DNA of 64,000 bases from Lobosporangium transversale. Its lineage: Eukaryota. This document shows positions 11,478-28,908 of this stretch, in pieces. The notes below the pieces were generated by a model. That model saw nothing but the letters and a program-made list of their open reading frames with translations. It made no database searches and was not told where the DNA came from. Numbering within the stretch: position 1 is the first letter of the stretch; the number at the start of each line of letters is the position of its first letter. The stretch lies in the NCBI RefSeq assembly GCF_002105155.1, contig NW_019028980.1:558001-622000 (forward strand), written 5' to 3'. The position numbers and the translations under genes are program-made.

Positions 11478-12452
11478 ATTCTAATTTGCATTGAAACATA
11501 TTTCGTACTGACAGGTATGAGGACGAGGAAGTTGCCCGTCGTGTTTATGAGTCGAACGAAGAGTTCATTCTGGATGGCCGTAAACTTGATATTCAATACG
11601 CTCAGGGACGCCGCAAGAGTAAGTTACATATAAATATCAATATCAATGTATCATTTAAATGGAAATGTCTTTGTTTTGGTGTTATCGAACTATAGTCTTG
11701 ATGGTTTTTAATTGTTAATATTTCTAGGTCCTCACCAAATGATGAGACGGTAAGTGCATTTTTTATTACTATGTGAATAAACGGATAGTGCATTGTTTGA
11801 CATTCAATTTTTTTTTTTTAAAAAAAATAAAATAAAATAAAATAAAATAAACATCCATCCTGATATGAGCAACGTTGTATATTTGAATCACTTTTAGGGA
11901 TGGAAGCCGTCGTCGCTCCCGTTCTCGTGATCGTTTCTACCGTCCTAGGTACATTTTGATGCTTTGTCACCCAATATTTATTGAGCATCACAAGTCAGCC
12001 TCCATTCTATACAGCTTCCTAACACAATCTATATAATTGCGGTTAATGGATTTGAATTCATTAGCTCTCGTTGTTACTCACGCTCGCGATCTCGATCCAG
12101 AGACCGTCGCCGCTACTCGCGAGACTCACGTTCAAGATCGTCCCGTTATCGCTCTCCTTCCCCACGTCGTCGTTCGCCTTCACCTAGGCATAGCTCACCT
12201 CACTCGCCTAGACGTCGCTCGTCTTATTCGCCTAGACGTCGCTCGCCTTATTCGCCCAAAAGTAACTCGCCTTCCTCACCTAGAAGTCGCCCGTCGTCAC
12301 CTCGTGATCGTACTCCTCCCCCTGATGACAGAAAAGGAGTGGTTACTGAGGACCGCTCGCCACTGAAGATGACTGATTATGTGGACTATTCTCCCCATCG
12401 AGGAGGTGGCAACAGACCATACACACCAAGTCCTGAGAGGGCAGGCTATTAA
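10377..12452 (+). CDS. SR splicing factor (RRM + RS/SP domain; SRSF10/SCL/Srp1-like), 8 exons
   Basis: Spliced reading gives MPRNNDSVSLYVSGF...[29 protein letters not shown]...LDGRKLDIQYAQGRRKSP followed by an RS/SP-rich tail. Stop TAA 12450-12452. Confidence 0.9.
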
Positions 12453-12634
12453 ACTATTTCTTTTGCATTTTTTTTTCTTTTCAGCTCAGTAAAATATGGT
12501 ATGGCATGATATGCCAAATCTAATAAAACAAGATGCTTGGTATACAAATTTATTTGCATTAATTGCATCCTAAATAATAAATGCATACTGTAATGACTAC
12601 ACATTGTTGGCAATGAACAATCGAATAGTGGAAA

Positions 12635-13035
12635 TGATTTGATTGAATATAAGAGAAAAGTGTAAGGTAAACTCTCAGAATGCGCGACCGCCCTCATCAT
12701 GGTCTTATTAACATAAGGCCAGACAAGATCATCAATAAGCTACCAGGAACTGTCCCAGAGGAACAAGACCTGTTGCTTCGCTTCCCTTTACGGGCAGCGC
12801 GCTGCAACTCATCGTCGAGAGTAAACTGTGTGTCTGAGTTGGAAAACAAAGACTAGAGATGTACTAGACAGAGATCCTGTAAGTACAGTCGATACAGAAA
12901 CAACAGCTTCCCGATTGAAAGGTGCTTTTATAGTCCTTGTCCTGAGTGACTGGCGAAAACAATTGGAAAGCTCAGAAAAACTGGGATTGAAAACTTGTCT
13001 TAATTGTGGGATCTAAAAATGATCTACAATTGGGA
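12635..13035 (-). repeat. 401-bp inverted duplication, copy B
   Basis: Reverse complement of 3847-4247. Confidence 0.97.
12671..12893 (-). ncRNA. U3: U3 box C/D snoRNA, copy B
   Basis: Identical by eye to 3989-4211 on the opposite strand, with the same boxes and upstream TATA. Confidence 0.88.
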
Positions 13036-13236
13036 GTTTTTTTTCTTAATTGTGACGGCTACTTTAAAAAAAAAAAACCAAAACAGACTTTAAGCAGCCA
13101 CCTTTTTTTTTTTTTTTTTTTTTGTAACGAACCTGACTAAGCACTGTTTATGCTCCTGGCTCCTTCTCCGACGCTTTGCTCAAACTCCATCCTCGTTCTC
13201 ATTCCTTTCATTCATTCTCATTAACAAATACATTTC

Positions 13237-15400
13237 ATGGGACGAGCAAATAATAAAGCTGGCGGAAAACCAGCTAAGGGACATAGGCAGGCAAGAGCAG
13301 CCGCCAATGCTCACGCAAACAATAGTACGTCTTATTGTTTTTTTTTTTTTTTTTTTTTTTTTTTTTGAGATTCTTGTGCTCTTAAGAGAATTAGGGAGAT
13401 AATATTCAAAAGAAAAAAAATGTATTATTAATTAAAATATATTTGGTACGGAATAGAACTCAAGAAGGATCCCGGTGTACCTAATCTCAACCCACTTAGG
13501 GAACAAATGCTGCTCAAAAAGAAGCGTGCAGCTGAAGCAAAGCAACTTCAAAAGGAGGCCCGTGAACAGGCTATGAACAAGAACCGCAGGATCACATCTT
13601 CATCTTCAACCCTTTCTATTCATGATATTGCTCGTCAAGCAGATGCTCGTGGCAAAGAATTCGACGAGAATGTAGTGGTGGCCAAAGCTAATGATGGTGT
13701 TCGTGAAATGGTTGATTCAGCAGCAGTGGGTGGCAAGGATAACTCGAGAAAAGCTTATTATCGAGAGTTCAGGAAGGTTATGGAGAATGCGGATGTGATT
13801 TTGGAAGTATTAGATGCTCGTGATCCTCTTGGATGTAGAACAAGGCAGATTGAGAGATTGATTATGGATTCTGGAAAGGATAAACGTATTATTTTGGTTC
13901 TGAACAAAATTGGTGAGTTATTGTTACAACAATATTAGGCTGGTAAAAGGAAATATAATGCGATAACTTATCAAACATATTTTACACTTTAGATCTTGCA
14001 CCAAGAGAGAATGTCGAGAGTTGGCTTAAATACCTTCGCAACGAATATCCCACTATCGCATTTAAAGCCTCGACACAAAACCAACGCTCAAATTTGGGAC
14101 AAAGTAGCATTGGCACAGAATTAGCTTCAGAAGACATGTTGTCGAGCAGTGAATGTTTAGGAGCCGATCAACTGGTCAAGCTCCTCAAGAACTATTGCCG
14201 AAATGCCAATATCAAGACTGCCATTACTGTTGGAGTCATTGGTTATCCTAACGTGGGCAAATCTTCTGTCATTAATTCCCTCAAGCGTTCAAAGGTCTGT
14301 GGTGTCGGCTCGACACCAGGCTTCACCAAGGTGGCGCAAGAGATCACTCTAGACAAGAACATCAAACTATTGGACTGCCCTGGCATCGTGTTCAGTAAAG
14401 GAGACAATGGAGAGACGCCTGCAGAATTGTTACTTCGAAACTGTGTCAAGGTCGAGCTATTGGAAGATCCTATCTCACCTGTGGAGTTAATTGTAGGAAG
14501 ATGTCAAAAGCAACAGCTGATGGAGATGTACGATGTTCCTTTATTCGAGGATGTGAACGATTTTTTAGTTCATTTAGCAAGACAGCGCGGTAAGCTCAAG
14601 CGCGGAGGAATTCCGGATATCTTTTCGGCCGCACGATCGATTTTGAATGATTGGAACTCAGGAAAAATTCCGTTTTATACGGTCCCACCGGCAACACGCC
14701 ACACACCCGTAGCAGCAGCGTCGATGGTAGAGGGATGGAGTAAGGAGTTTGATATTGATACCCAGGAGGATGTTCAGGTTCTAGCTAGCATGAAGTCGAC
14801 CGTCGATATGAGACATGCTATGGCCATGGTCGCGCAGGAACTGGTGGAAGGAGAGATCGACATGGATGCGATGGAAGATGACGATGACGATATTGACAAT
14901 GGCAATATGTCTATGGATGATGAAGAACAAAATATGATGGAGAATGGTGATCAAGAAGCATCCGTACTGGATCTGTCATCTAAACCTATCATCAATTTCA
15001 AGCCCAAGGTCAAAAAATTAGAGCCAAAGGTTAAGCCTCAGATGGCATTCACACCAGAGGAAGCTGAACTCAACCCTCGCATCAACCAGGACAGGAAGAA
15101 GTGGCTTAAACAGCAACAAAAGAAAGCTCGTAAAGCACAGGCCGCAATTGAAGCAGGCGAAGATCTGGATATGGATGATGACGATAATAGTGATGCTGGC
15201 GAAGAGTATCAGCAAGAGAATCAGAATGGGAATCGTTTCGACTTTGGCAATTTTAGTACGACGTTTGGTGGCAGTTATGAATGTAAGTAAACCATAGTAC
15301 AATATTTTAGACGAATCAAATTGTTGATCCTCTCGCTGACTTTTTTTTTTTTTTTTTTTTTTTTGCTGTAATAGTACCTGACGAGGACGAGGACTTGTAA
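13237..15400 (+). CDS. NUG1: nucleolar circularly permuted GTPase Nug1/GNL3, 4 exons
   Basis: KKDPGVPN N-terminal motif, DVILEVLDARDPLG, LNK(I)D, GYPNVGKSS and DCPG. Introns 13325-13457, 13913-13992, 15284-15374. Last exon encodes LPDEDEDL*. Confidence 0.93.
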
Positions 15401-15701
15401 AAAAAAAAAACTCATGTATACTATATTTCCCTCTGGCATGCATGTCTTTACGGCTTCACCCTTTTGCATTATCACTCATCCTCATGCCTTTGCACTACAA
15501 TAAAGGAAATTTAATTAAACCTTGGCCAACAGGACTGTGATTTTGCAACACGTAACACTTGCTCACAAAACGCGCGTCGCGCTTGCGTGATTTTTTTTTT
15601 TTTTTTTTTTTTTTTCCCCTTCATAATAAGCTAAATAAGCTTCCCTCATCCCAACTCTCCATTTCCTCCCTTATTAATTTTGACAAATTTGATTCATTAA
15701 A

Positions 15702-16721
15702 ATGAATACATTTGTAGCATCACCTGGCTTTGATGTTAGCCGTCTCAAGGGTACGACCCTCATTCTACCGTCAGTCTCGATCGGGAACGTACCCCAGTTG
15801 ACGATAGATCTCCTTCTAGCGACCCTCAAGTTGGACCGTGTAGGCTGTATTGAAGACGAGAATGTTGTTCCAGTCTTGGGACCTGCCGATAGCGTGTTAG
15901 ATCCCATGACCCCATCAACAATAAGGAAGAATAACAATGTGGCTGCACCCGCAGCAACACGGGCAGAAGCAACAGGACCAGCACTCGCACTAGCCGTTGA
16001 AGTTTTCCAATCCAAGGATGGCAAATGGACTTTGATCCAACAACGATCCCCAACGGTTCATCATCGATCACATCATTATACAGATAATTTAATTCAGTTT
16101 ATCAAAGAATCTGGGTTTGGTCAGGTGGTGCTGTTGACCTCTGCAGATGGAGCACGACGGATTGATATCCAGCTACAAGCAGGAACCCCACCAGTGAGAT
16201 TCATCTCCTCGCCAAAGCTTTCGAAAGAATTAGTTGAGGAGACGATTCAAGGACAATTGGGAATTGTGCCGTTGGAAGATGTACCTGCGACGGAGGATCA
16301 AAAACGAGAAGCCATTATTCGTCGACAGGAACACTTTTTGGCAATGCATCATCATCAAGCATCTTCGTCTGCTGCGTTAACAGAGCAAGTCGAGGAGATG
16401 CAGTTGGATGAGACACAGCCAGAGCAACAACAACAGCAGCAACAGTTGGAGAAAGTTCCAAGGATACCGAGTGGAGGGATCGCACGCCGATTACATTCGT
16501 TATGTCAGGAACAAGACATTGCCATCTTGACACTTATTAAGTTTGCAATGGAAGGCGACAATGCGCCGGATGCAATCTTTTTGGCCAATGTTTTGAACGC
16601 GATCTTTAAGCTGCACAGCTCAACAGAGCAAGAAGCCTTGCAAGGAGAAGGTTCTTGGAAAGTACCCAAGAGTTGGGATTCTTTATATGGAAACTCATTC
16701 CATCAGGACATGTATCACTGA
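15702..16721 (+). CDS. PSMG2: proteasome assembly chaperone 2 (PAC2)
   Basis: LILPSVSIGNVPQLTIDLL, FAMEGDNAPDA and C-terminal WKVPKSWDSLYG motifs; intronless, 339 aa. Confidence 0.9.
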   Translation: MNTFVASPGFDVSRLKGTTLILPSVSIGNVPQLTIDLLLATLKLDRVGCIEDENVVPVLGPADSVLDPMTPSTIRKNNNVAAPAATRAEATGPALALAVEVFQSKDGKWTLIQQRSPTVHHRSHHYTDNLIQFIKESGFGQVVLLTSADGARRIDIQLQAGTPPVRFISSPKLSKELVEETIQGQLGIVPLEDVPATEDQKREAIIRRQEHFLAMHHHQASSSAALTEQVEEMQLDETQPEQQQQQQQLEKVPRIPSGGIARRLHSLCQEQDIAILTLIKFAMEGDNAPDAIFLANVLNAIFKLHSSTEQEALQGEGSWKVPKSWDSLYGNSFHQDMYH

Positions 16722-16874
16722 ATGCCAAGAAATCAAGAATAAAATCCATGCCAGAAAAAAGTAATCCTTTAGTATAAAAGTGTTTAATTCTATTATTGTA
16801 CAGGTTTGTTTAAATGTTTGTTGTTGGTTGTTCCATCAAGGTGTTCCAGGCAAAAAATTCGTATGGTTTCGGGT

Positions 16875-17635
16875 TTAGTCTCTAGCGGATCCATCCCTAA
16901 AGTTCAATAAATAAAGAGTGATTAGACATACAGAGACATCATAAAAAGGAATAGAGAAAGTCTGTTATGGATTTTACCTTGGTCGATATTTGATGCCCTT
17001 TGATTCCAAATCATCCTCAATATCTTCTGGTAAGCGCCCCATGACCTGCACTGCGTAGATTCCCTTTTCGAATTTATCTACATTATGTGAATGCCAATGT
17101 AATATGTCGGTTAATTATAAAAAACCTCTTGAAATCTGGCTCCTGATCCATTATTCCATGAACATAGAGAAATTATCTTGTTTATCGTACCAATACGCTG
17201 CCATTTGGCAACCCAACTCTCCGAAGGCTGCATGACAGCGATAGCCCTGGGATATAATAAATTACGCAAAGACGAGATTGATGTGAGATACTATATTCCA
17301 CCAACTCCTATTGAATAACACATGTATCTAAGTATAAAGATATAATCTTTGCCTCTTTGCCTATTACCCATCATAATGTTGACTGGTACAGTCCATAACT
17401 CTATCCATATGTCCTCTCATCTCCAAGAGCGATTCGCAATTATCACATCCATGTTTAAAGAACTGTTCTTGTTTCTATTTGAAATATGGTGAGAGCCCTT
17501 GTTAAATCCTGCGCTTCTTGTGTGGCCTTATGTCATAAGCTGATCTCAAGGAAAGGGAGAATCATTTACCTTGATGAGCGAGCATAGAAGACAGGCTCTA
17601 AGCTGCTTTTTGTCTGTAGGAATGATGCTGGACAT
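16875..17635 (-). CDS. SPT4: transcription elongation factor Spt4, 5 exons (absent from ORF track)
   Basis: Spliced reading [35 protein letters not shown]...[43 protein letters not shown]...YRPR|DGSARD*; four GT-AG introns. Confidence 0.95.
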
Positions 17636-17780
17636 GCTGAATTAGGTTCCGTGAGCGCAATAAGATAGTAAATATATTAAGGTCAGATAATGGGTATGTG
17701 AAAAAAGGAAAAGAGGTGATGGCAGAATTTCAGTTTGCAACATTCCTGCCTATGCTCGTCACCAGCCAGCGGACGAAGCA

Positions 17781-17798
17781 CACGTGCGTGAGCACGTG
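17781..17798. promoter_or_regulatory. paired CACGTG E-boxes in the SPT4/ESA1 divergent promoter
   Basis: CACGTG at 17781-17786 and 17793-17798, between divergent ATGs 406 bp apart. Confidence 0.45.
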
Positions 17799-18017
17799 GT
17801 GCAAGACAGCCTGGCCAAAGGTGGCTTGGCTATGAAGCGACAGGGAAAAAAGATTACTTTTTTTTCCATTCTCATCAATCCCTCCCTTCCATTGCTCCAT
17901 ATTTATTAAGTATTCGCTCGAACAACCTCATTCAGTCTCATACATTAATACATAAACAATTATTCCCCAAAGCTTTCCTCATCCAACAGACAACCCCTAA
18001 TCGTCACAGTAAAATAA

Positions 18018-19580
<1,563 letters not shown>

Positions 19581-19709
19581 CAATTTACAGGTTCAGTTTT
19601 TAGTTGAAATAAAAGTAAAACAAGCAGTCACGCAAAAAAAAAAAAAAAGGGGGGGCTTCCGTTTTTTTTTGTATCAATTGTAAACTCATTCCATTTCATT
19701 TTCATTGCA

Positions 19710-21633
19710 ATGCAGGCTTTGGACTACACAAACGCCCGCATTCTTGCACCAATGGTAATACTCCAAATACTGCAATTACATTAACAGTCAAGTGGGAACA
19801 GTCTTGCAACAATGGACATGGAACACTCCATTTGACTCAATTCATGTATCATTCCCAAACTTGGAATATCACTGCTATAGGTCAGGATTGGCACTTTGCC
19901 TACACGACTCATGGCACTGGAATACGGAGCAGATTTGGTTTATACACCTGAGGTGGTCGACAAAGCCATCGCTGGGGCTGTACGAGTCGTTAATGGTAAA
20001 GGATTGGGATATAAAAGTTATGTGTTTAGTCCTTTCATTCTATTTAATTTCTTACTTTTCACTCGCCTTGCTTACAAGTAATGATTCTTTTATTCACTCT
20101 TCTCTTCATCTCAACTGAAAATTCAGAGGACAATGGCACCATCGACTATTTACAGAAAGGCGTTTCAGTTTTTAGGACACATCCTAGTGAGAAATCGAAA
20201 CTTGTCTTTCAAATCGGCTCTGCCAACGCTGATCTGGCTCTAGAGGCGGCTCTTACAGTGTAAGGAAGGCAAAAAAAAAAAAAAAAAAAAAAAAAAACAC
20301 CTCTTTTTTTTCTTTTGATAGTATTGTAGAAGACATAAACTGATTATAGCTGGATTATATTTTTTTAGAGCGCAGGATGTTTCAACAGTTGATCTGAACT
20401 GTGGCTGCCCGAAGCGCTTCTCGGTTCATGGAGGAATGGGCGCAGCACTCATGGAAGAACCAGAGAAACTCTGTGGTGTAGGTTAAGGAGAAAAACCGTA
20501 TACTGTTGTTCAAGGTTTACTCTGAGAGTGTTTGTTTCTAACATATACAACTATATTCTGTATTTATAAAACATCTAACCTTGCTCCCCTATTGAATAGA
20601 TTCTTCGAAAACTAGTTGAGCACTCTGGGCTACCTGTGACTTGTAAAATCCGGATCTTCCCAGATCGGGAACGGACAATTAAGCTTGTAAAGATGATCGA
20701 GGCAACAGGAATTAAAGCGTTGGCAGTGCATTGTCGGTACAGAGATCAAAGGCCTCGTGAGAGGGCACACTGGGATCGGCTCAAAGAAATCGTGGAGGCA
20801 GTCTCAATCCCAGTAATCGCCAATGGAGATGCCTGGGAATATGAGCACCTGGGTAAGCTACAGGACCTCTCCGGTGCTACTGCAGTGATGTATGCAAGGC
20901 GTGCAGAAGCCAATGTCTCAGTCTTTCGGAAAGAAGGGCTTTTGCCATTAAACGAGATTGTCACAGCCTATATCCGCAAGGTAATGTTAAAAAAAGTAGG
21001 AAAAAAAAAAAAAAAGATTCAATTCTTACTAAGGCATATTTTCATTTTGTATTTTTATTTCTTTCTAATGATTAATAGTGTCTCGAGACCAGGAACCATC
21101 ACTCAAACACAAAATACGTTCTTATGCAGATGTTTGTAGACGATACGAAGGATCCTCGGTACCGCCAACTCTGTGAAGCAAAATGTTTCAGAGCAGTATG
21201 TAAAGTGTTCGGTATGGAGGGTGAACTCGATGCATGGCTTCAGTCCCAACAAGCAAAAGGCTATCCTACTGATCTAGACTCAGTCCCCAGGAAAGCGGGA
21301 GAGATGGCGAACAAGGATGAAGCTACCAATGCAGCCAATACTGCGCAAAAACATAAACAACAGGACCTAAGGAAGAGAAAGTTGGAACAACAGGAGGTTG
21401 AAGGCGAAGAGAAGAATGAAATTTCAGCTCCTGCAACTAAGAAACAGATGACAGAGATTTCTTCCCAGCAAACTATTAATGGAGATCATCGCTCCTCTTC
21501 ACGTATAGCTCCCACAGAGACATCTCGTATAGAAGAAATAATAGCGGAGGAAAAGGAGGTCGATAATAACTTGCCGAGCGCTGGCGCGGAGCAGGGCCAG
21601 ACGAAGGAAGTAACCTCACTTTTATACTCGTGA
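19710..21633 (+). CDS. DUS2: tRNA-dihydrouridine(20) synthase Dus2/Smm1, multi-exon
   Basis: ILAPM|VRIGTLPTRLMALEYGADLV, LVFQIGSA, DLNCGCPKRFSVHGGMGAALM, TCKIRI and VIANGD. Confidence 0.92.
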
Positions 21634-21806
21634 AAGAATACGCCTTTTCATTTTCTTGAATAAACAGGCGAAATGTATTTTTTTTTTTTTTTTTTTTTTG
21701 TTGTTGTTGTTGGACTGTTATTTTCTTTTCTTTTTTTTTTAAATTAGAGTGATCTTTTTCTTATTTATTCATTCATCGTGTTCATTATTCCCTAAAATAA
21801 ATCCGC

Positions 21807-22532
21807 ATGGCTACATCACATCCTAACCAAGTTGCATTCAGAGAGGGAGTTCAATATTTGTTCTACTCTTGGACAGCACTCAAATTAGCAGTTGACGGCG
21901 AATGGGGAGGTCATGATTCCGAGGATAAACGGGATTGGTTCATCGATACTATTGTTGACTACTTCGGCCAGCGTAGGTTTTTCTACTATTGCTCTTGACT
22001 CATTTATTGAAGACTGGGAAATACCTCATTCTATCCTGTTGGCTCTTCTTGATGGTGTCTAAATATTAACATTTACTACTTCTAAATGCCATTTTATGTA
22101 TTAGACGGCAAAAATGTGGACACATTCGATTTGGAGGATATTTTGGTACAGATCATGAACGATGAGTTTTCGATTCTACTAGAAGATCAATCAGAACGAC
22201 ATATTGCAAAAGTTCTAGAACAATTGTTTCAAGAATGCACACATGGTAAATATGATCTTGTGCAGACATTGAAGCAAGACTCGCAAAAAGTCAGCGGGGC
22301 TTTGAAGGATAGCAAGAGTCAAAAACAGAATCAGGGTGATGACGATGATAGCAGCGATGATGATGATGGTGATGATAATGAAAGCAACGGTGGCAACAAT
22401 ATGGATGTTGAGATGGAAGGTGAATCATCTTCCTCTACCAATACTTCAGGTATTCAGAGCAGAAGAGAGAAGCCAGAGCCGATCATTGATGAAGATGGCT
22501 TTGAGACAGTTGTCAAGGGCAGGAGGAGGTAG
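21807..22532 (+). CDS. TSR2: pre-rRNA processing protein Tsr2, 2 exons
   Basis: WTALKLAVDGEWGG (WGG domain), LEDILVQIMNDEF and C-terminal IDEDGFETV; intron ~21973-22104. Confidence 0.92.
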
Positions 22533-23489
22533 AGGGAGATTGCAAGTAAAAATCCACTTCATCTGAATAATTTAAATAAAAACTCTGGCATTTTTTTTTG
22601 TCTGAGTCGTAAATATGTCATTTGTCATCTAAGACGCAATTCAGTGTTAAAAGTCGACTCTGAATATCTGTAAATATCTGTAACTTCGCATTAGAAATAA
22701 TTTGAGCAATCAATGACTGAGGTGATTTTCCTCTCTTGCCTTCCCTCCTCATTCTCATAATACTTTACTCCGATCTTCATTCTAGTTTCTTTCCTTCCCA
22801 TTCCTTATTCTGAATCCTCTACTTCATTCATTGTTTACCCTAAATCTCATTTATATCTTATTTTCACCTTCATTTTAGCAACGTAAGGCATGCTCCTATT
22901 CATATAAGCATTTATATACACTCATACACACATTATACAGTACACAGCAATTCTTTTCATATTAGCACCACAATCAACTTTGTTGTTTGTTTCCTTGCTT
23001 TTTCGCAAATGCTTAATGTCAACGTTTCATTAGATTTTTCAACATTTCAATCCACAAATTTTGCTTCAACCTTCGCATTAGAGCATTAGTAATTATATAA
23101 CATCACTCTATGATTTTGCTCATTTCGTCTCTTAAATGCGTTTTTGTCTTTTTTTTTTTTTTTTTTTTTTTTTTGCGCAAGCAGTTCAGTCTGCTTTGTT
23201 CGCCCTTTTTCTTTCTTCACCCTCTGTCGACTGTCACCTGTCACAGTACTTTTTCTCATGTTCCGCCTTTTATTATGATAGAACAATAGCAAAAGCATAC
23301 ACTTGAGCGACAGCTCTGTCTTCATTCGTATCTCACAGCTCTTTCTCACTCTTCTCCTTCTTTCCTTCTCTTCCCTTTCTTATAATTGTTTTTTTGTGTG
23401 TATCTCAAGGTGTAATTCTAACCGCCAGCTGTCTATTTTAGCCTTCCTATCTCTTATTCACTCCTGCCCAAACAAATAATTCCTGCATT

Positions 23490-27280
<3,791 letters not shown>

Positions 27281-27509
27281 AAAGGTCCAAATGATTGCTT
27301 TTTGTTTTATCATTAAAAAAAATTGCATTTGTATTTCTGTACTCTTGATCCCTTGAGTTATTCTCTTGACTGATTAAATTGATTTGCTTTGGTGCAAATT
27401 GGAAAAGAAATTTGCTTGCGATATCACAGTCATATGTCAGCAATTTGGCTATAATGTCCTCAGTTTTTTTATTCATAGTTGAATCTACCCAGAAGCTCTC
27501 CTTTATTCG

Positions 27510-28463
27510 CTAGAAGAAAAATTTTGTGAACTTTCTGAATCCATTCCTGGCACATGGCTTTAATTTGGAAATATCATCACTGATGTGCTTTGTTAATGGT
27601 TCGTGGTTTTGAAGCTCTTGACGTTCTACATGCCCCTTGATGCTACCAAAGACCCATCCGGCCGCATTGAGATGAGGGGTGTAGGGAGGCAATCACAAGC
27701 AAACGTGCCTTGTATACTCTGTGAGCTATTGAAAGGGACGTTATCCATAATGATGACTCTCGGGGTTGGAAGGGCAGGGATGAGTTTGTCGGTCAAAAAA
27801 TCTGGGGAAGTTTGAGTATTGAAGGCACCTAACCGCACTTCCGAAGCGATAATCCCTTCCTGGCCAACAGCAACTATGATGGAAACATTTTGCCCCAGCT
27901 GAGCAGTTTTTGGTGCCCTTTTTCCTCGTGGTGCTCGATCAAATCTACGCGTAAGATACAAGTTGAAACCCCTCCCCAATGAACACTGCCTCTGATAGGT
28001 CCGCTCCACCCATGGCAGAACCACTCGTCCATTGAACGCGAGCAGCGATCCTTTCCTCACTGTTGTAATCTTCCGGCTGATAACTTAGGAGCTTAAGTGT
28101 GTAGTCTGCTTGTTGACGTATAGCTCTAGAAATGGCTGATATAGACACAGGCGGATTGAAATGAAAATGCTCATTTATAGGTTTGATGAACATTATCGAT
28201 AGTAAGGCTAGGGTCTTCATTGAGTTTATCTTTTAGCCATGCAATATGCTCTTCTTGAAGAACTACATGGTGATTACTACCTCTTCTCTTTTTTTTCTAT
28301 TCTTCCCTTCTCTTCGAAAGCCTGCAATGTTATGTACAGTAGAGTAAGAGAAGCCAAAACGACGGGCAGTCTTTGCGGGAGCCAATCCTTCATCGAAAAT
28401 AGATCTGATAATTTTTTGACGAAGACTAGAACCAATGCACTGATAGCTCTTTGAACGTGACAT
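27510..28463 (-). mobile_element. degenerate IS630/Tc1-mariner transposase (pseudogene)
   Basis: Pieces in several frames: HTH-like AKTARRFGFSYSTVHNI, AVFIGE (FIDE-like), VIIMDNVPF and PPYTPHLNAAG (LPPYSPxLNPIE-like). Multiple frameshifts; no clear TIRs. Confidence 0.82.
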
Positions 28464-28908
28464 GGTGTAGTGTAGCAAAAAAGAAAAGAAAATGTCTGAA
28501 GGCGAGACAAGAGTAAATTGTGCAATTGATGATGGATGATATTGCCTTATTAATGTGGAATTATACTTCTGTCTTCTGGGATTGAAAGAGCAACAGCGAC
28601 TTGAAATATGAATGGCATTTATATACTGTATACTATATCAAGCATTTCTTACATGTCACTTACTGCTTTCTACATTACTCAACTAAATCTTAGACTCTCC
28701 TCACATTCTCACATTCCTTTATAGTCGGCAATGTCATACACTCTTGCGGTGGAAACAACTCTGTGCTATCCCTTAATCGATCACGCGGGCGAAAATGCCC
28801 GCTAACCTTATCTCAGGCCATGTTTTTTTTTTTTTTTTTTTGACAGGTTGAAAAACACAATCTGATCACTTTTCACTCTCCATTAACAGAATCCTGTCAT
28901 TTTTGTAA

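Noticed and set aside
3847..13035. Inverted repeats as TIRs of an 8.4-kb transposon
   Set aside because: The repeats are U3 genes, the interior is housekeeping DNA with no transposase, and no target-site duplication is visible.
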